The notes: generated by a model from the sequence alone, not told the origin. A DNA stretch of 64,000 bases from Thermodesulfobacteriota bacterium (GCA_965226585.1 OZ245366.1:1120001-1184000); one strand, 5' to 3'. Positions 42,587-54,856 are shown, numbered from the stretch's first letter. Program-made: numbers and translations.

Positions 42587-44051
42587 CTTTCAAATCCTGA
42601 TGTGCCGGGGTCAACAAGTCAAAAACCGTTTTGACGGGATTGAAGCATTCCGGGGGGATTTCAACAAAAACCGTGTCCCAGCCCGCCATCGCTCCATTCC
42701 ATAAACCCGGCATCTCAAGGGTTCTAATCCGCCGTCCGTTGTGTGTTTTTTCCGTGACCATAAACGCGCCTTCGCCGGAGTCTCCGAATTCGCTCAGGCG
42801 GAAATCGCCCCGCCAGCACGCCATTTCAACGGGGTTGAAGTGTGTCGCCGAACGAAAAATCTCTTCCTGCCCGGAGTCCGAGCGGTCAACCTGCGCCGCC
42901 TCAACAATCTGCGGGGTTACGCCTCTGCCCGCGTCATCCGTCCAGAACGGGCCGCCTCCCGGCTCGCCCGTGTTCTTCACAACTCCGCAAACCCTCAGGG
43001 GGCGTTTTGGCGGTTTTTTCTCAAGTCTCTCCATCAGCAGACCGCCGAGCGCTCTTTTGATAAAGCCGGGGTTTTTCTCGCGCGATATGTGCCCGATGTT
43101 GTCTATGTTTGAGATAAAAACTATACCGCCGTCCATCTTTTCAAGATTTTCCATCAAAGCCCCGTGCCCCGCCGGACGAAAAACCAGACGCCCCTTTTTA
43201 TCCTTCAAAACGTTTCCGTCTTCATCAAGGGCAACCGTGTCTGTCGCCGGATTCTGCACGGAAAAATCCACGCGGTTGTGGAAGAAAAAAGAGTTTCCCG
43301 GCTCGTGCCCTTCATAACCGTAGCGCGCCTTCAAAATCCCGTAGTGAAGGTTGTGAGCGTGCCAATTCATATCCTCGTAAAAATCGCGTGAAACTGTGAA
43401 ATGAATGCGGGAAACACCTTCGGGCGGGTCGCATTGGGTGTAAAAACGGGCGCGGTAAATATGCTCAAGGAAGGCGGACGGAACGGGTTTGGCGGCGGGA
43501 ATATGGAACGGCGAAAGCCCCTTTTTGCCCCCAATAACCTGCCAGTCGGATTGTTTGCCGTATCTGTGAAACGGCACAACGCCCTTTGAAGCGTCTCCGT
43601 AGCCAAGCCCGTCTCGCGACAGAACAAGGCGGACGATTTCATCCTGCTTCATTGAGCGCAATCCGCCCTTCACTTTCTCTGCGGCGAGCCGCTTCAAGTT
43701 TTCATGGAAAGCGAACTTTTTTATGTTTTTGCAAAACCGCGAGACCGCTTTCCGGTCGCCGTCCGCAATGCTTGAAAACATTCTGCTTGCCGCTCCCGAA
43801 GCCGGAATAAAAGCGGTTGCCGAGTATGAGTTCCCCTTGGGGTTTGTAAAGTTTTCGCGGAACAGTTTTTCATAAGAGCGCGTTTGTTTTGCCGTGAGGC
43901 GGACTATGCCGTCTCCAACCGCGCAGGGTCTTTCAAGGCGGACAAAAGACGGATTTTTGAGGGCTTTTATTTGAGAGCGGACGGTTTTTTGCGTAACACC
44001 CCTTTGCGCAATCTGCTTTTTGGTGGTGTCGTCAAACTTGAAAGTGGACAT
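42579..44051 (-). CDS. DUF4301 family protein
   Basis: PASGAASRMF, FRPAGHGAL, NIDN, RPLRVCGVVKNTGEPGGGPFW, THFNPV, PGLWNGAM. Confidence 0.85.
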   Translation of the reverse strand: MSTFKFDDTTKKQIAQRGVTQKTVRSQIKALKNPSFVRLERPCAVGDGIVRLTAKQTRSYEKLFRENFTNPKGNSYSATAFIPASGAASRMFSSIADGDRKAVSRFCKNIKKFAFHENLKRLAAEKVKGGLRSMKQDEIVRLVLSRDGLGYGDASKGVVPFHRYGKQSDWQVIGGKKGLSPFHIPAAKPVPSAFLEHIYRARFYTQCDPPEGVSRIHFTVSRDFYEDMNWHAHNLHYGILKARYGYEGHEPGNSFFFHNRVDFSVQNPATDTVALDEDGNVLKDKKGRLVFRPAGHGALMENLEKMDGGIVFISNIDNIGHISREKNPGFIKRALGGLLMERLEKKPPKRPLRVCGVVKNTGEPGGGPFWTDDAGRGVTPQIVEAAQVDRSDSGQEEIFRSATHFNPVEMACWRGDFRLSEFGDSGEGAFMVTEKTHNGRRIRTLEMPGLWNGAMAGWDTVFVEIPPECFNPVKTVFDLLTPAHQDLKDG

Positions 44052-44062
44052 TAACTTAATGG

Positions 44063-44141
44063 TGGCGGCGTCGACGGGACTTGAACCCGCGGCCTCTGCC
44101 TTGACAGGGCAGCGCTCTAAACCAGGCTGAGCTACGACGCC
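44063..44141 (-). tRNA. tRNA-Asp(GTC)
   Basis: CTGCC-CTGTCAA-GGCAG anticodon arm. Confidence 0.95.
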
Positions 44142-44180
44142 TTTATTCCTAACAGTGCTCTCCGCACGGGACGGATTGCA

Positions 44181-44255
44181 TGGTGGGCGGTACCGGATTT
44201 GAACCAGTGACATCCTGCTTGTAAGGCAGGCGCTCTCCCACTGAGCTAACCGCCC
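44181..44255 (-). tRNA. tRNA-Val(TAC)
   Basis: CCTGC-CTTACAA-GCAGG anticodon arm, CCA. Confidence 0.95.
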
Positions 44256-44308
44256 CGCGCAATGAACGGGCGATAATCTAACTGAAACGGGCGATATTGA
44301 AAGGGGAA

Positions 44309-45625
44309 TTAAGAACCCACTTTCTTGCGAAGGTTGTAGTGGAAAAGCGGCTTACCCTCGCCTTTTACAACCTCTTCGGTAATCACACAACGGTTCAAAT
44401 CTTTGTCTGAGGGAACATCGTAGAGTATGTCCAGCATTATGGACTCAAGGATAGATCTGAGACCGCGCGCGCCGGTTTTCCTCTTTATCGCCTCAGTCGC
44501 TATAAGGCGAAGGGCGGAATCGGTGAACTCAAGCTCAACACCCTCAAGATCCATCAGTTTTGTGTATTGCTTCACAAGGGCGTTGCGCGGCGTGGTGAGT
44601 ATGTTCACCAGAGAGTCTTCATCAAGTTCGTCAAGAGTGGCGATAACCGGCAACCTTCCAACAAATTCCGGTATCAGACCGTACTCTATCTGGTCTTCCA
44701 TCTGCACGTCTTTGATTATTGAGTAGTCCGTCCCGCTCTCCACTCCTTCGGATATGCTCGCGCCGAAGCCGATTGAGTTTTTCCCCTTTCTTCTCCTGAT
44801 GATGTCTTCAAGCCCGAAGAACGCGCCGCCGCAGATAAACAGTATGTTCGTTGTGTCAATCTGAACAAAATCCTGCTGTGGATGCTTCCTGCCGCCTTTG
44901 GGGGGAACGTTTGTTTTCGCGCCCTCCATTATTTTGAGAAGCGACTGCTGAACCCCTTCGCCCGACACATCGCGGGTTATGGACGGGCTGTCGCCGCTTT
45001 TGCGGACAAGTTTGTCTATTTCGTCTATGTAGATGATGCCCTTTGACGCCTTCTCAATGTCGTAGTCTGCGTCTTGAAGAAGGCTGACTATCATGTTCTC
45101 CACATCTTCGCCAACGTAGCCCGCTTCCGTGTAGCAGGTGGCGTCAACAATGGCGAAGGGAACTTTCAGTATGCGCGCAAGCGTTTGGGCGATAAGGGTT
45201 TTTCCCGAACCCGTGGGACCGACAAGCATCACGTTGCTTTTCTGTATCTCCACCTCGTCCGCGCTGTTTTTGGATTTGGTTTTAAGGCTGTCCGCTTCCG
45301 CCGCCTGTATGCGTCTGTAATGGTTGTGAACCGCAACCGAGATAACCTTTTTCGCGTGTTCCTGCCCTATGACGTATTCGTCAAGAAAATGCTTCAGTTC
45401 GGACGGAGTCATAAGGCTGCCGGCTGCCGGCTGTTCCCCGCGCTTCACGGAAACCTCTTTGGCTCTTTCCTTGGCGCGCTCCTCGTCAATAATCTCGTTG
45501 CAAAGGTCTATGCATTCGTCGCAGATATAAACATCATTCGGTCCCGCTATAAGTTTGGAGACGTCGCTTTTGCCTTTACTGCAGAAAGAGCAGAGCTGGC
45601 CGCTGTCTTTTCCTCCGCGTCTCAT
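44309..45625 (-). CDS. clpX: ATP-dependent Clp protease ATPase
   Basis: C4 zinc finger, [11 protein letters not shown] loop, TGARGLR. Confidence 0.98.
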   Translation of the reverse strand: MRRGGKDSGQLCSFCSKGKSDVSKLIAGPNDVYICDECIDLCNEIIDEERAKERAKEVSVKRGEQPAAGSLMTPSELKHFLDEYVIGQEHAKKVISVAVHNHYRRIQAAEADSLKTKSKNSADEVEIQKSNVMLVGPTGSGKTLIAQTLARILKVPFAIVDATCYTEAGYVGEDVENMIVSLLQDADYDIEKASKGIIYIDEIDKLVRKSGDSPSITRDVSGEGVQQSLLKIMEGAKTNVPPKGGRKHPQQDFVQIDTTNILFICGGAFFGLEDIIRRRKGKNSIGFGASISEGVESGTDYSIIKDVQMEDQIEYGLIPEFVGRLPVIATLDELDEDSLVNILTTPRNALVKQYTKLMDLEGVELEFTDSALRLIATEAIKRKTGARGLRSILESIMLDILYDVPSDKDLNRCVITEEVVKGEGKPLFHYNLRKKVGS

Positions 45626-46260
45626 TTCGCCGCCTCTTCCCCTTCTGCGCTTCCAACTTCGTGAAGCGGAGCGCGGCTGTCCATTATGGAGTCAACAATT
45701 CCGTAGTTTTTCGCTTCTCCGGCGGTCATAAAGAAATCTCTGTCAGTATCTTTCTCAACATTTTCAAGTGTCTGTCCGGTGTGGGTTTCCAGAATACTGT
45801 TCAGTTCCTGCCGCACGCGCAGTATCTCTTTGGCGTGTATTTCTATGTCGCTTGCCTGCCCCTGAACTCCGCCCAGAACCTGATGAATCATGATGCGGGA
45901 ATGAGGAAGGGCGTGTCTGAGCCCCGCCGCGCCGCCGGCAAGCAAAACCGCCGCCATACTCGCCGCCTGCCCTATGCACATTGTGGAAACGTCGTTTCTT
46001 ATGTACTGCATCGTGTCGTAAATCGCCAGACCCGCCGTAACATTTCCGCCCGGAGAGTTGATATAAAGATAAACTGTCTTGTCCGGGTCTTCGGATTCAA
46101 GAAACATAAGTTGAGCTATAACAAGGTTGGCAACCGCGTCATCAATCACAGACCCTATGAAAACTATCCTGTCTCTCAAAAGACGGGAGAAAATATCATA
46201 GGAGCGTTCACCTCTTCCTGTCTGCTCCACAACAAATGGAACGTAGTTAGACATACTCAC
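45622..46260 (-). CDS. clpP: Clp protease proteolytic subunit
   Basis: YINSPGG, GQAASM, MIHQ. Confidence 0.98.
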   Translation of the reverse strand: MSMSNYVPFVVEQTGRGERSYDIFSRLLRDRIVFIGSVIDDAVANLVIAQLMFLESEDPDKTVYLYINSPGGNVTAGLAIYDTMQYIRNDVSTMCIGQAASMAAVLLAGGAAGLRHALPHSRIMIHQVLGGVQGQASDIEIHAKEILRVRQELNSILETHTGQTLENVEKDTDRDFFMTAGEAKNYGIVDSIMDSRAPLHEVGSAEGEEAAK

Positions 46261-46296
46261 ACCCGCAGCTATTTTATGTTTTCCGGACGGGAAATG

Positions 46297-47601
46297 TCAA
46301 TCCTGTTTTGGGGAATCCGGCGGCGGATTTTCGGTTTTAATGTTCGCGTTTTCTCTGATAAACGCGATAACTTTTGAGCTTACAATCTGAGAGTTCAGAC
46401 CGTTCAGCATACTGTTTTTTTCGTAATATTCCCTCACCTGTTCGGCTTTAACCCCGGACTGCGCGGCAACCGCTTCAAATCTTTCCTGAAGGTCGCTTTC
46501 CTGCGCCTCGATGGATTCTGCTTCGGCAATTTTGCTTATAACGAGAGACAGTTTCACATTGTCACCCGCTCTGCGCGTCATGCTTTCGGACAGTTTTTCA
46601 TTTTCTTCCGCTGAGAGGGCTTTGCCGCCGCCCGCAGAGTGTTCTCTTTTGAACTCCTCTTCCATGCGGGTTTTTTCTTCAAGCACAAGGCGTCCGGGAA
46701 CTTCAAACTGCGAGCCGCTGAGTTTTGAGCATATTTGTTCTTCAAGGCTTCTGCTTCTGAGAGATTCAAGGCGCGCTTTCAAGTCTTCTTCTATTTTGCC
46801 TTTGAAGTCCGCAAGGTTTTCGCTTCCGGTTTTTTTCGCGAATTCGTCATCAAGCGCGGGTGCTGTTCTGTCGAAAACCTGTGTTACTTTCAGCGTAAAT
46901 TTGACGGATTTTCCCGCCGCCTCTTCAATCTGAAAGTCTTCCGGGTAGGCGATTTCAAATTCTTTTTCATCTCCGGCGGACATACCGAGGATGTTTTTCT
47001 CAAACTCCTCTAACAACTGCCCTTTGCCGAGCAGAAATCTCACGCCGTTTTTTGCGAGTCCTTCCACGGTTTTTCCGTCAAGCGTTCCGTTGTAGTCAAC
47101 TTCAACAACGTCTTCCGCCGCGCAAGGTCTTTTATCTTTGGTCGGCTCCACGGTTGCCGAGCCTTCAACAATTTGTTCAATGGCGCGGTCAACATCTTCG
47201 GGGGTAACTGATATGGGGCTTTGTTTCAGTTCAAGCCCTTTATATTCGGGAAGTTCAAAATTGGGGAGAACATCAAAAACCGCTGAGTAGGAAAACTCTT
47301 TTTCCTGATCAACATCGCCCGGAGTAATCGCGGGTCTGCTGACGGGAGCGGCGGAGACTTCTTTAAGGGCGTCCGCAAAGCTGTTTGAGACGAGGTTTGA
47401 GACAAGTTCCTCTTTAATTTCGTCTGCGAACCGTTTGTGTATTTCGTGTTCGGGAACTTTCCCTTGTCTGAACCCGTCCACTTTGGCGTTGCGTCTGATT
47501 TTTCTAACAATCCCTTCGCGTTCAAGGCGAACGGTTTCCGCCGGAATCACCACATTAATTTGTTTTTCCGTGGAACTGCGGTCTTCAATGCTGACTTTCA
47601 T
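46297..47601 (-). CDS. tig: trigger factor
   Basis: GFRQGKVP signature; tig-clpP-clpX gene order. Confidence 0.95.
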   Translation of the reverse strand: MKVSIEDRSSTEKQINVVIPAETVRLEREGIVRKIRRNAKVDGFRQGKVPEHEIHKRFADEIKEELVSNLVSNSFADALKEVSAAPVSRPAITPGDVDQEKEFSYSAVFDVLPNFELPEYKGLELKQSPISVTPEDVDRAIEQIVEGSATVEPTKDKRPCAAEDVVEVDYNGTLDGKTVEGLAKNGVRFLLGKGQLLEEFEKNILGMSAGDEKEFEIAYPEDFQIEEAAGKSVKFTLKVTQVFDRTAPALDDEFAKKTGSENLADFKGKIEEDLKARLESLRSRSLEEQICSKLSGSQFEVPGRLVLEEKTRMEEEFKREHSAGGGKALSAEENEKLSESMTRRAGDNVKLSLVISKIAEAESIEAQESDLQERFEAVAAQSGVKAEQVREYYEKNSMLNGLNSQIVSSKVIAFIRENANIKTENPPPDSPKQD

Positions 47602-47659
47602 AAAAACACCTCACCTGCCTAAAAACAGGGGTGAATGATACATCCGTAAACGGAAAAGT

Positions 47660-48259
47660 TCAAACTCCAGTCCAACTTCCCCAACTATCCTGAAAAACAC
47701 AAGGCACCCCTTCTTTCTTGCATGCTCTGATGGTGTGCCCGGTTCCGCCGGCTTCGGGGTCTTGCAGGTTGACATAGAAAAGAGCGGCAACCGGTTTGGG
47801 GAAAGACTTTGAGTGTCCCGCCGCTTTCATAGTGTCTCGCACGAGATACGCCCCTTTTGCGGCGAGGCGGGTTCCCTCTTTTGCGTCTTCAACGAGACTT
47901 TTGTATTTCGGTGTTGCTTCCACTGTTTTGGAGACAATTTTCTTCTTTGCTGATGCGGAGAGTGATTCGGGAGAGTCGTAGAGGGCTTTTTCGTAGCGGC
48001 TTTTTTCTTTGTGTGTTTTATAGGGGGCGATTATCTGAAGCCGTTGGGCATCTATTTCCGCCACGCCTGAGGAGAAGGATTCATCCGAGCCGGATGCGTT
48101 TCCCGAGCGAAACCGCAAACCGGGGAAAATCCGCGCAAGGCGTTTTCCCGTTTCTTTTGCCTTCGCCGCATATTTGCGCGGTATCTCCCTGCGCCCTTCC
48201 AGAAGCACAACAGGGTCAGGGTGGTTTTTTATAAGTTCGGTGAATTGGGTGAGGGTCAT
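47660..48259 (-). CDS. SLOG/DprA-like fold protein
   Basis: RSGNASGSD and GGTGHTIR...GVP resemble SLOG-superfamily motifs. Confidence 0.55.
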   Translation of the reverse strand: MTLTQFTELIKNHPDPVVLLEGRREIPRKYAAKAKETGKRLARIFPGLRFRSGNASGSDESFSSGVAEIDAQRLQIIAPYKTHKEKSRYEKALYDSPESLSASAKKKIVSKTVEATPKYKSLVEDAKEGTRLAAKGAYLVRDTMKAAGHSKSFPKPVAALFYVNLQDPEAGGTGHTIRACKKEGVPCVFQDSWGSWTGV

Positions 48260-48429
48260 GGGGCGGAATCTCCGTCATCTTCAAGAGAGGCGATATATCC
48301 TTCAATCGCTTCTCTGATATTGGAAATGGCTTCCGGTTTTGTCTTCCCCTGAGATACGCAACCGGGCAGACTCGGACATTCGGCAACCCAGTAGCCGTCT
48401 TCACCGGGGTAAATCATTACTTGTCTCAT
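48256..48429 (-). CDS. hicB: HicB-family antitoxin (short, no hicA)
   Basis: GYWVAECPSLPGCVSQGKTKPEAISNIREAI. Confidence 0.85.
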   Translation of the reverse strand: MRQVMIYPGEDGYWVAECPSLPGCVSQGKTKPEAISNIREAIEGYIASLEDDGDSAP

Positions 48430-48549
48430 CGCTTTGTCTCCACCTCTGAACATACATCAAGAAGCGGAGAGTTTGAAGCACAATCAGCTAAGTGGGGAAC
48501 GGGGGAAGTTCAAATCTCACGAACGGAAGTTGTGTATAATTCGCGCATT

Positions 48550-48645
48550 ATGAAGTCGGAAACCGTTCTTGAACCGGAAGAAGTGGAAATCTGCAGGCTC
48601 TGTCTGCAAAAGAAAAAACTGGTCAACTCCCATATCATTCCAGAA
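48550..48645 (+). pseudogene. truncated N-terminus of an HNH-like protein abutting the tRNA-Leu 3' end
   Basis: MKSE...ICRLCLQKKKLVNSHIIPE then runs into antisense tRNA sequence. Confidence 0.45.
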
Positions 48646-48730
48646 TGCGGGAGGAGGGACTTGAACCCCCAAGGGATATAATCCCACCGGATCCTAAATC
48701 CGGCGCGTCTGCCAATTCCGCCACTCCCGC
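48646..48730 (-). tRNA. tRNA-Leu(TAG)
   Basis: GCGGGAG acceptor, CCGGA-TTTAGGA-TCCGG, variable arm. Confidence 0.95.
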
Positions 48731-48784
48731 GTGGAAAGTCTCAGATAATAACAGGTTTCCTACTGCCGAAAGTCCACTCTTTAC

Positions 48785-48925
48785 GTCATTCCGTGCCTGA
48801 CACGGAATCCAGTATTTGTTGGCTGTGTAATACTGGATTCCTGCTTTCGCAGGAATGACGGAAGGGGGCAGGAATGACGGAAGGGGGCAGGAATGACGGA
48901 GAGGGGCAACGGAATGACGGGAGGG
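48785..48925. repeat. cruciform REP/MITE-like element, copy 2, with ~19-bp tandem tail
   Basis: GTCATTCCGTG-CCTGA-CACGGAATCCAGTATT...AATACTGGATTCCTGC-TTTC-GCAGGAATGAC, then about 4 copies of CAGGAATGACGGAAGGGGG. Confidence 0.88.
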
Positions 48926-48973
48926 AAGAATGGGAACAGCGGGTCTATGGCTTTTGCGGAAGTAAAGGGAAAA

Positions 48974-49046
48974 TGGGCCGCGAGGGATTCGAACCCCCGA
49001 CCATTTGATTAAGAGTCAACTGCTCTACCAACTGAGCTAGCGGCCC
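48974..49046 (-). tRNA. tRNA-Lys(CTT)
   Basis: TTGA-CTCTTAA-TCAA anticodon arm. Confidence 0.95.
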
Positions 49047-49077
49047 CTGAAGAAACTATCCGCATAGCGGGGCAACA

Positions 49078-51717
49078 CTAACCGCCGCCTTCGCCTCTTA
49101 CCACCGATACAACCCGCGAATCAAGATTTATGTATTTCTTCGCCACTCGCAAAACATCTTCCGCCGTAACCGCAAACACCCTGTCCACAAAATCCCTGTA
49201 CTCATCCCAGCCCACGCCGTATAACTCATCAAAACCCATAACAGACGCCTGCGCGGAATTGCGCTGAAGCCCTATCTCAAAATCACCCGCCATTCTCCTC
49301 TGCGCCCTCTTTACCTCTTCTGTGCTTACCCCACTATCAAGAACCGCTTCCAACTGCTCAATTATTCCGCCTATCGCCTTCTGCTCTTTCTGCGGAGCCG
49401 TGCCTATGTGAACACCGAAAATACCGGACTCCACCCGCGGAGCGTAAAATGACGAAACCGAATACGCAAGACTCATCTCGTCTCTGAGTTTTATAAACAG
49501 CCGCCCGCCCTGACCTGATAAAACGGCGTTCAAAACCTGAACCGGATAGTGATCCGCATGACCAAACGGGGGAGCCGTGAAACCCACAACTATGTGCGTC
49601 TGCTGTTTTGACGGCAGTTTCTTTACCGCCTCAACGGGCTTGCCAGCCGGTTTGACTCTAACGGGCAGAGGGATTGCCTTTTTTGCCGCCCGCAGAGAGG
49701 AAAAATCATCTTCCAGACGTTTTAACACTTTGCGTGTGTCAACATCGCCAACCACAACCAGAACCATCTTCTTCGGGTTGAGAATCTTTTTGTAAAACTT
49801 CTCCGCTGAGGAACGCGTGAAACTCCGCACGTTTTTCTCCGTTCCCGTTACACTCCGCGAATACGGCGTGCCTTTGAAAAGTGTGGAAAGAAAACCGTCA
49901 ATGCAAACCGATGAAAGGTCGTCTTTCCTTCTGTTTATCGCGGCAAGAATTTCCCGCTTCGCCCTCTTTATCTCCTCATCGGGAAATGAAGGGTTGAGAG
50001 CCACATCGGAAAAAATGTCCATCGCCGCGTCAAAGTTTGAACTGAACGCCTCCATTGAAACACCCGCGCTGTCTCTGCCGGAAAAACCCTCAACATATCC
50101 GCCGAGAGATTCCATCTCCGCCGCTATCTGCTCCGCCGAACGGCTCTGTGTTCCGCGTGTGAGCATATTTGCCGCAAAGTTTGAAATGCCGTTTAACTTC
50201 TCATCCTCAAACCGCAATCCCCCCGGAAAAAGCAAACGCGCCGAAAAAAGCGGAACAGACTTGTTCTCTTTTACGATAACCCGCATCCCGTTTTTTAATC
50301 TGTGGACACCGGTTTTGCTCCGCCTCTGCGCGCGGACGGAAACCGGCTTTACACTCCGCACCGCCTTCTTCAAACCCCTTTCGCTTACCCCTGAAGACTG
50401 CGGAACAAGAGCAACCGCAGACAGGTTTGAGGGCTTGAAATACTTTGCCGCAACCCTGCGTATATCCTCCGCGCTCACCGAACGCACCCTGTCCATATAC
50501 TCATCCTCAAACATGTAGTCTCCGGCTATCGCCTCATAAAACCCAAGCGTGCGCGCCCTTCCCTGTGTCGTCTCATCGGCGCGGATGTTTTCGCTCTCAA
50601 TGTTCAGTTTCGCCTTGTCAATCTCGGACGGCTGAACCCTTCCGTCCGCAAGTGCGTAAAACATCTTCAAAATCTCCTCAAACGCGGGAGACGAGTTTTC
50701 CGGCTTCACCGTTCCGCCCACAACAAAAATACCTCCGCCTGTGGGAGCGTAGGCGTATGAATAAACGCTGTTCACAATGCCCTTCTCCTCCTTAACCGTT
50801 CTGAAAAGGCGCGAACTCTCACCGCCGCCCATTATCTCTGAGATAACTTCAAGGGCGGCTATGTCTTCATCTCTTGTGCCGGGAATTCTGAACGCGAGAG
50901 AAAAATATCCCTCCTGCACACGCCTTTTTAAGACAGACACCGCCGGAGCGGAACGCCGGGGCGGGGCGGTTTGCTCAAAACACTTTGGAACTGCGCGGCT
51001 TTTGAGAGAACCGAACCGCTTTTTGACGCGGGAGAGAACCTTGTCCGTCTCAAAATCTCCCGTTACCACAACAACCATATTGCCCGGCACATACCACTTG
51101 CGGTAGAAATTCAAAACCTTTTCGCGTGTGAACGCGCGCACGCTTTTCTCCGTGCCGAGAATGGGAAACCCGTAGGGATGTTTCTTGTAGGCGGTCTCAA
51201 AAAGCCGCTTGCCCGCAACATCAGACGGATTGTCTTTTGAGCGGCGAATCTCCTCAACCACAACCTCTATCTCTCTGTCCAGCTCTGCGGGGTCAAAAAC
51301 CGAATCCGTAACACTGTCTGCAAGCAGGTCTATGCTTCTGCCGAGAGAACGCGCCCCGGACACTATGAAATACACCGTCTGGTCAAAAGATGTGTAGGCG
51401 TTTATGCGACCGCCCGCAGACTCCACTTCAGACGCCAACTCACCGGGACCCAGTTTGTTCGTCCCCTTGAAAAGCATATGCTCGTGAAAATGGGCAAGCC
51501 CCCTCTCATCATCGCGCTCGCACGAACTGCCGACCTTTACCCAAACATTTATCGCCGCCACCGGAGCTGCGGAATTCGGCTCAAGAATTACGGTAAGCCC
51601 GTTTTTCAGTTTTACCCTTTTGACCGGGGAATTATCTTTAGCCACAGAAACGCCTCCCGCGCAGAAAATCGCGCAAATAAAAATCAGGAAAAGAAAAACC
51701 TTGTGTTTCAAAAACAC
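49078..51717 (-). CDS. exported M16 zinc peptidase (two-module)
   Basis: Signal peptide, HFHEH, NAYTS, second inactive M16 half. Confidence 0.93.
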   Translation of the reverse strand: MFLKHKVFLFLIFICAIFCAGGVSVAKDNSPVKRVKLKNGLTVILEPNSAAPVAAINVWVKVGSSCERDDERGLAHFHEHMLFKGTNKLGPGELASEVESAGGRINAYTSFDQTVYFIVSGARSLGRSIDLLADSVTDSVFDPAELDREIEVVVEEIRRSKDNPSDVAGKRLFETAYKKHPYGFPILGTEKSVRAFTREKVLNFYRKWYVPGNMVVVVTGDFETDKVLSRVKKRFGSLKSRAVPKCFEQTAPPRRSAPAVSVLKRRVQEGYFSLAFRIPGTRDEDIAALEVISEIMGGGESSRLFRTVKEEKGIVNSVYSYAYAPTGGGIFVVGGTVKPENSSPAFEEILKMFYALADGRVQPSEIDKAKLNIESENIRADETTQGRARTLGFYEAIAGDYMFEDEYMDRVRSVSAEDIRRVAAKYFKPSNLSAVALVPQSSGVSERGLKKAVRSVKPVSVRAQRRSKTGVHRLKNGMRVIVKENKSVPLFSARLLFPGGLRFEDEKLNGISNFAANMLTRGTQSRSAEQIAAEMESLGGYVEGFSGRDSAGVSMEAFSSNFDAAMDIFSDVALNPSFPDEEIKRAKREILAAINRRKDDLSSVCIDGFLSTLFKGTPYSRSVTGTEKNVRSFTRSSAEKFYKKILNPKKMVLVVVGDVDTRKVLKRLEDDFSSLRAAKKAIPLPVRVKPAGKPVEAVKKLPSKQQTHIVVGFTAPPFGHADHYPVQVLNAVLSGQGGRLFIKLRDEMSLAYSVSSFYAPRVESGIFGVHIGTAPQKEQKAIGGIIEQLEAVLDSGVSTEEVKRAQRRMAGDFEIGLQRNSAQASVMGFDELYGVGWDEYRDFVDRVFAVTAEDVLRVAKKYINLDSRVVSVVRGEGGG

Positions 51718-51734
51718 AGCCGCTCAACTATTTG

Positions 51735-52586
51735 TCAGACACCGCCGCCGGTTTCATCTTCCGAAACCGCAGAGTCTCCCCCTTGTTCATTTTCCGTCTC
51801 AAGAACGGCTTCACCCCCGGAACGCAAGGGCTTTAGTACCTGAAACAGGGGACCCGACAGAAAATATAAAACCGAAACAACCGCGAGAGACAAACCCGGA
51901 TTGATGGCCACAACCACTATCAGAACCGATGAAGTCGCCAGAAAATCAAACCTCTTGCCGCCGCTGAATCTTCCAAGACTGAAAAAACCCACCTTGCGAT
52001 ACCTTATCGCGCTAACCATAAAAAACCCGGCAACCGGAGCCGCCACGGCGTAGAAAAGAGCCATCTCATCGGGAAACGGAACCGCGCCCAGCGCGCTCGC
52101 CACAAAAATCGGGGAAACAAGAAAACCCGCCGCCATCGGGCTTGGAAGCCCCATAAAACTTCTCTTCTCTTTTGATGCGGACTGTATGTTGAACCTCGCA
52201 AGCCTTAGGGCAACGCAAACCGTGTATATCATAAGCCCTATGTTGAGAACCGGACTGGCAAGCCCGCCGAAAAGAGAGAACACAAGGGCGGCGGGAGCAA
52301 CTCCGAAGCAAACCGTGTCTGACAGCGAGTCGTAGATAACGCCGAAACGGTTGTCAATTCCGAAGGCGCGCGCGACCCTGCCGTCAAGCATGTCAAGAAC
52401 CATCGCTATGCCGATAAACACCGCGCCGCGCCACGCGAGTTCAGAGGGATATTCCACACCCGCCGCTATGCGGAACGAAACGCCGATTGAAAGCAAACCG
52501 AAGCACAGCCCCGCCGTTGTTATCAAACCCGGCAGAAAAGGCGCGACCCTCCGGTCTATTTCTCCGCGAAACTTTCTTTTTTTCAT
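51735..52586 (-). CDS. pssA: CDP-diacylglycerol--serine O-phosphatidyltransferase
   Basis: DMLDGRVAR...G...DSLSD, LRLARFN, FMGLPSP. Confidence 0.92.
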   Translation of the reverse strand: MKKRKFRGEIDRRVAPFLPGLITTAGLCFGLLSIGVSFRIAAGVEYPSELAWRGAVFIGIAMVLDMLDGRVARAFGIDNRFGVIYDSLSDTVCFGVAPAALVFSLFGGLASPVLNIGLMIYTVCVALRLARFNIQSASKEKRSFMGLPSPMAAGFLVSPIFVASALGAVPFPDEMALFYAVAAPVAGFFMVSAIRYRKVGFFSLGRFSGGKRFDFLATSSVLIVVVAINPGLSLAVVSVLYFLSGPLFQVLKPLRSGGEAVLETENEQGGDSAVSEDETGGGV

Positions 52587-53248
52587 TCGCCGTCTCCTCC
52601 CCGCGCAAGCCGGGCAACCACAGACTCCGCGCCCGTGAGAATATCACCCTTTCTCACCTCCACCTTGTATTCGGGCGGAAGAAAAAGGTCTATCCTTGAA
52701 CCGAACTTTATGATGCCGAATCTTTGCCCTCTCTTCAAAACATCTCCGCGCGAAGCGTGCGAAATTATCCTTCTCGCCACAAAACCCGCCACTTGAACCA
52801 CAACCAGTTCGGGACCGCCGCCCGAAGGTTTGATAACGGTGGCAAGACGCTCGTTCTCTCTCGACGCGGCTGAGGAAAACCCGAAACCGAACTTTCCGTC
52901 CACCCGCTCGCGAGCCGTAACCTCTCCCGAAACCGGAAACCAGTTCACATGGCAGTCAAAAAGCGAAAGGAAAACACTCACCCTCGTAACCTCGCGGTTA
53001 AGAAAACTGCTTTCAGTCTCCGTTACAACCTCAAGAACTTTTCCGTCTGACGGAGCCGTGAGGCAGTCATCAGGGGAGTCGCTTTCCCTTTCGGGGTCTC
53101 TGAAAAAATAGAGGGAAAAACCGAAGGCGAGAAGGCACAGAAACGAAAAAACGCCAAGCCCCAGAAATGAGAAAATCCACCCGCACAGAGCGAGAACGAA
53201 AAGGATGGATATTCCTTCGGGAGCAATTCTCAAAAAAGGCGTGTTCAT
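52583..53248 (-). CDS. psd: phosphatidylserine decarboxylase
   Basis: FFRDPER, APSDG, HVN, NER, FGSR. Confidence 0.93.
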   Translation of the reverse strand: MNTPFLRIAPEGISILFVLALCGWIFSFLGLGVFSFLCLLAFGFSLYFFRDPERESDSPDDCLTAPSDGKVLEVVTETESSFLNREVTRVSVFLSLFDCHVNWFPVSGEVTARERVDGKFGFGFSSAASRENERLATVIKPSGGGPELVVVQVAGFVARRIISHASRGDVLKRGQRFGIIKFGSRIDLFLPPEYKVEVRKGDILTGAESVVARLARGGDGE

Positions 53249-53289
53249 ATCCCCTCCGGACGGCTTTGAAAATCCGTCAGCAAAAAACC

Positions 53290-54827
<1,538 letters not shown>

Positions 54828-54856
54828 AGAAAACTCCGGGGCGGCTGTCCGCGCTC

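Noticed and set aside
44060..44065. Genomic CCACCA after tRNA-Asp
   Set aside because: Three extra bases are plausibly chance and would be trimmed in processing.
44052..44213. N-terminal extension of the DUF4301 ORF
   Set aside because: It overlaps tRNA-Asp and tRNA-Val.
48850..48925. Tandem ~19-bp repeats as a CRISPR array
   Set aside because: Units are contiguous with no unique spacers and there are no cas genes. They are the tail of the palindromic element.
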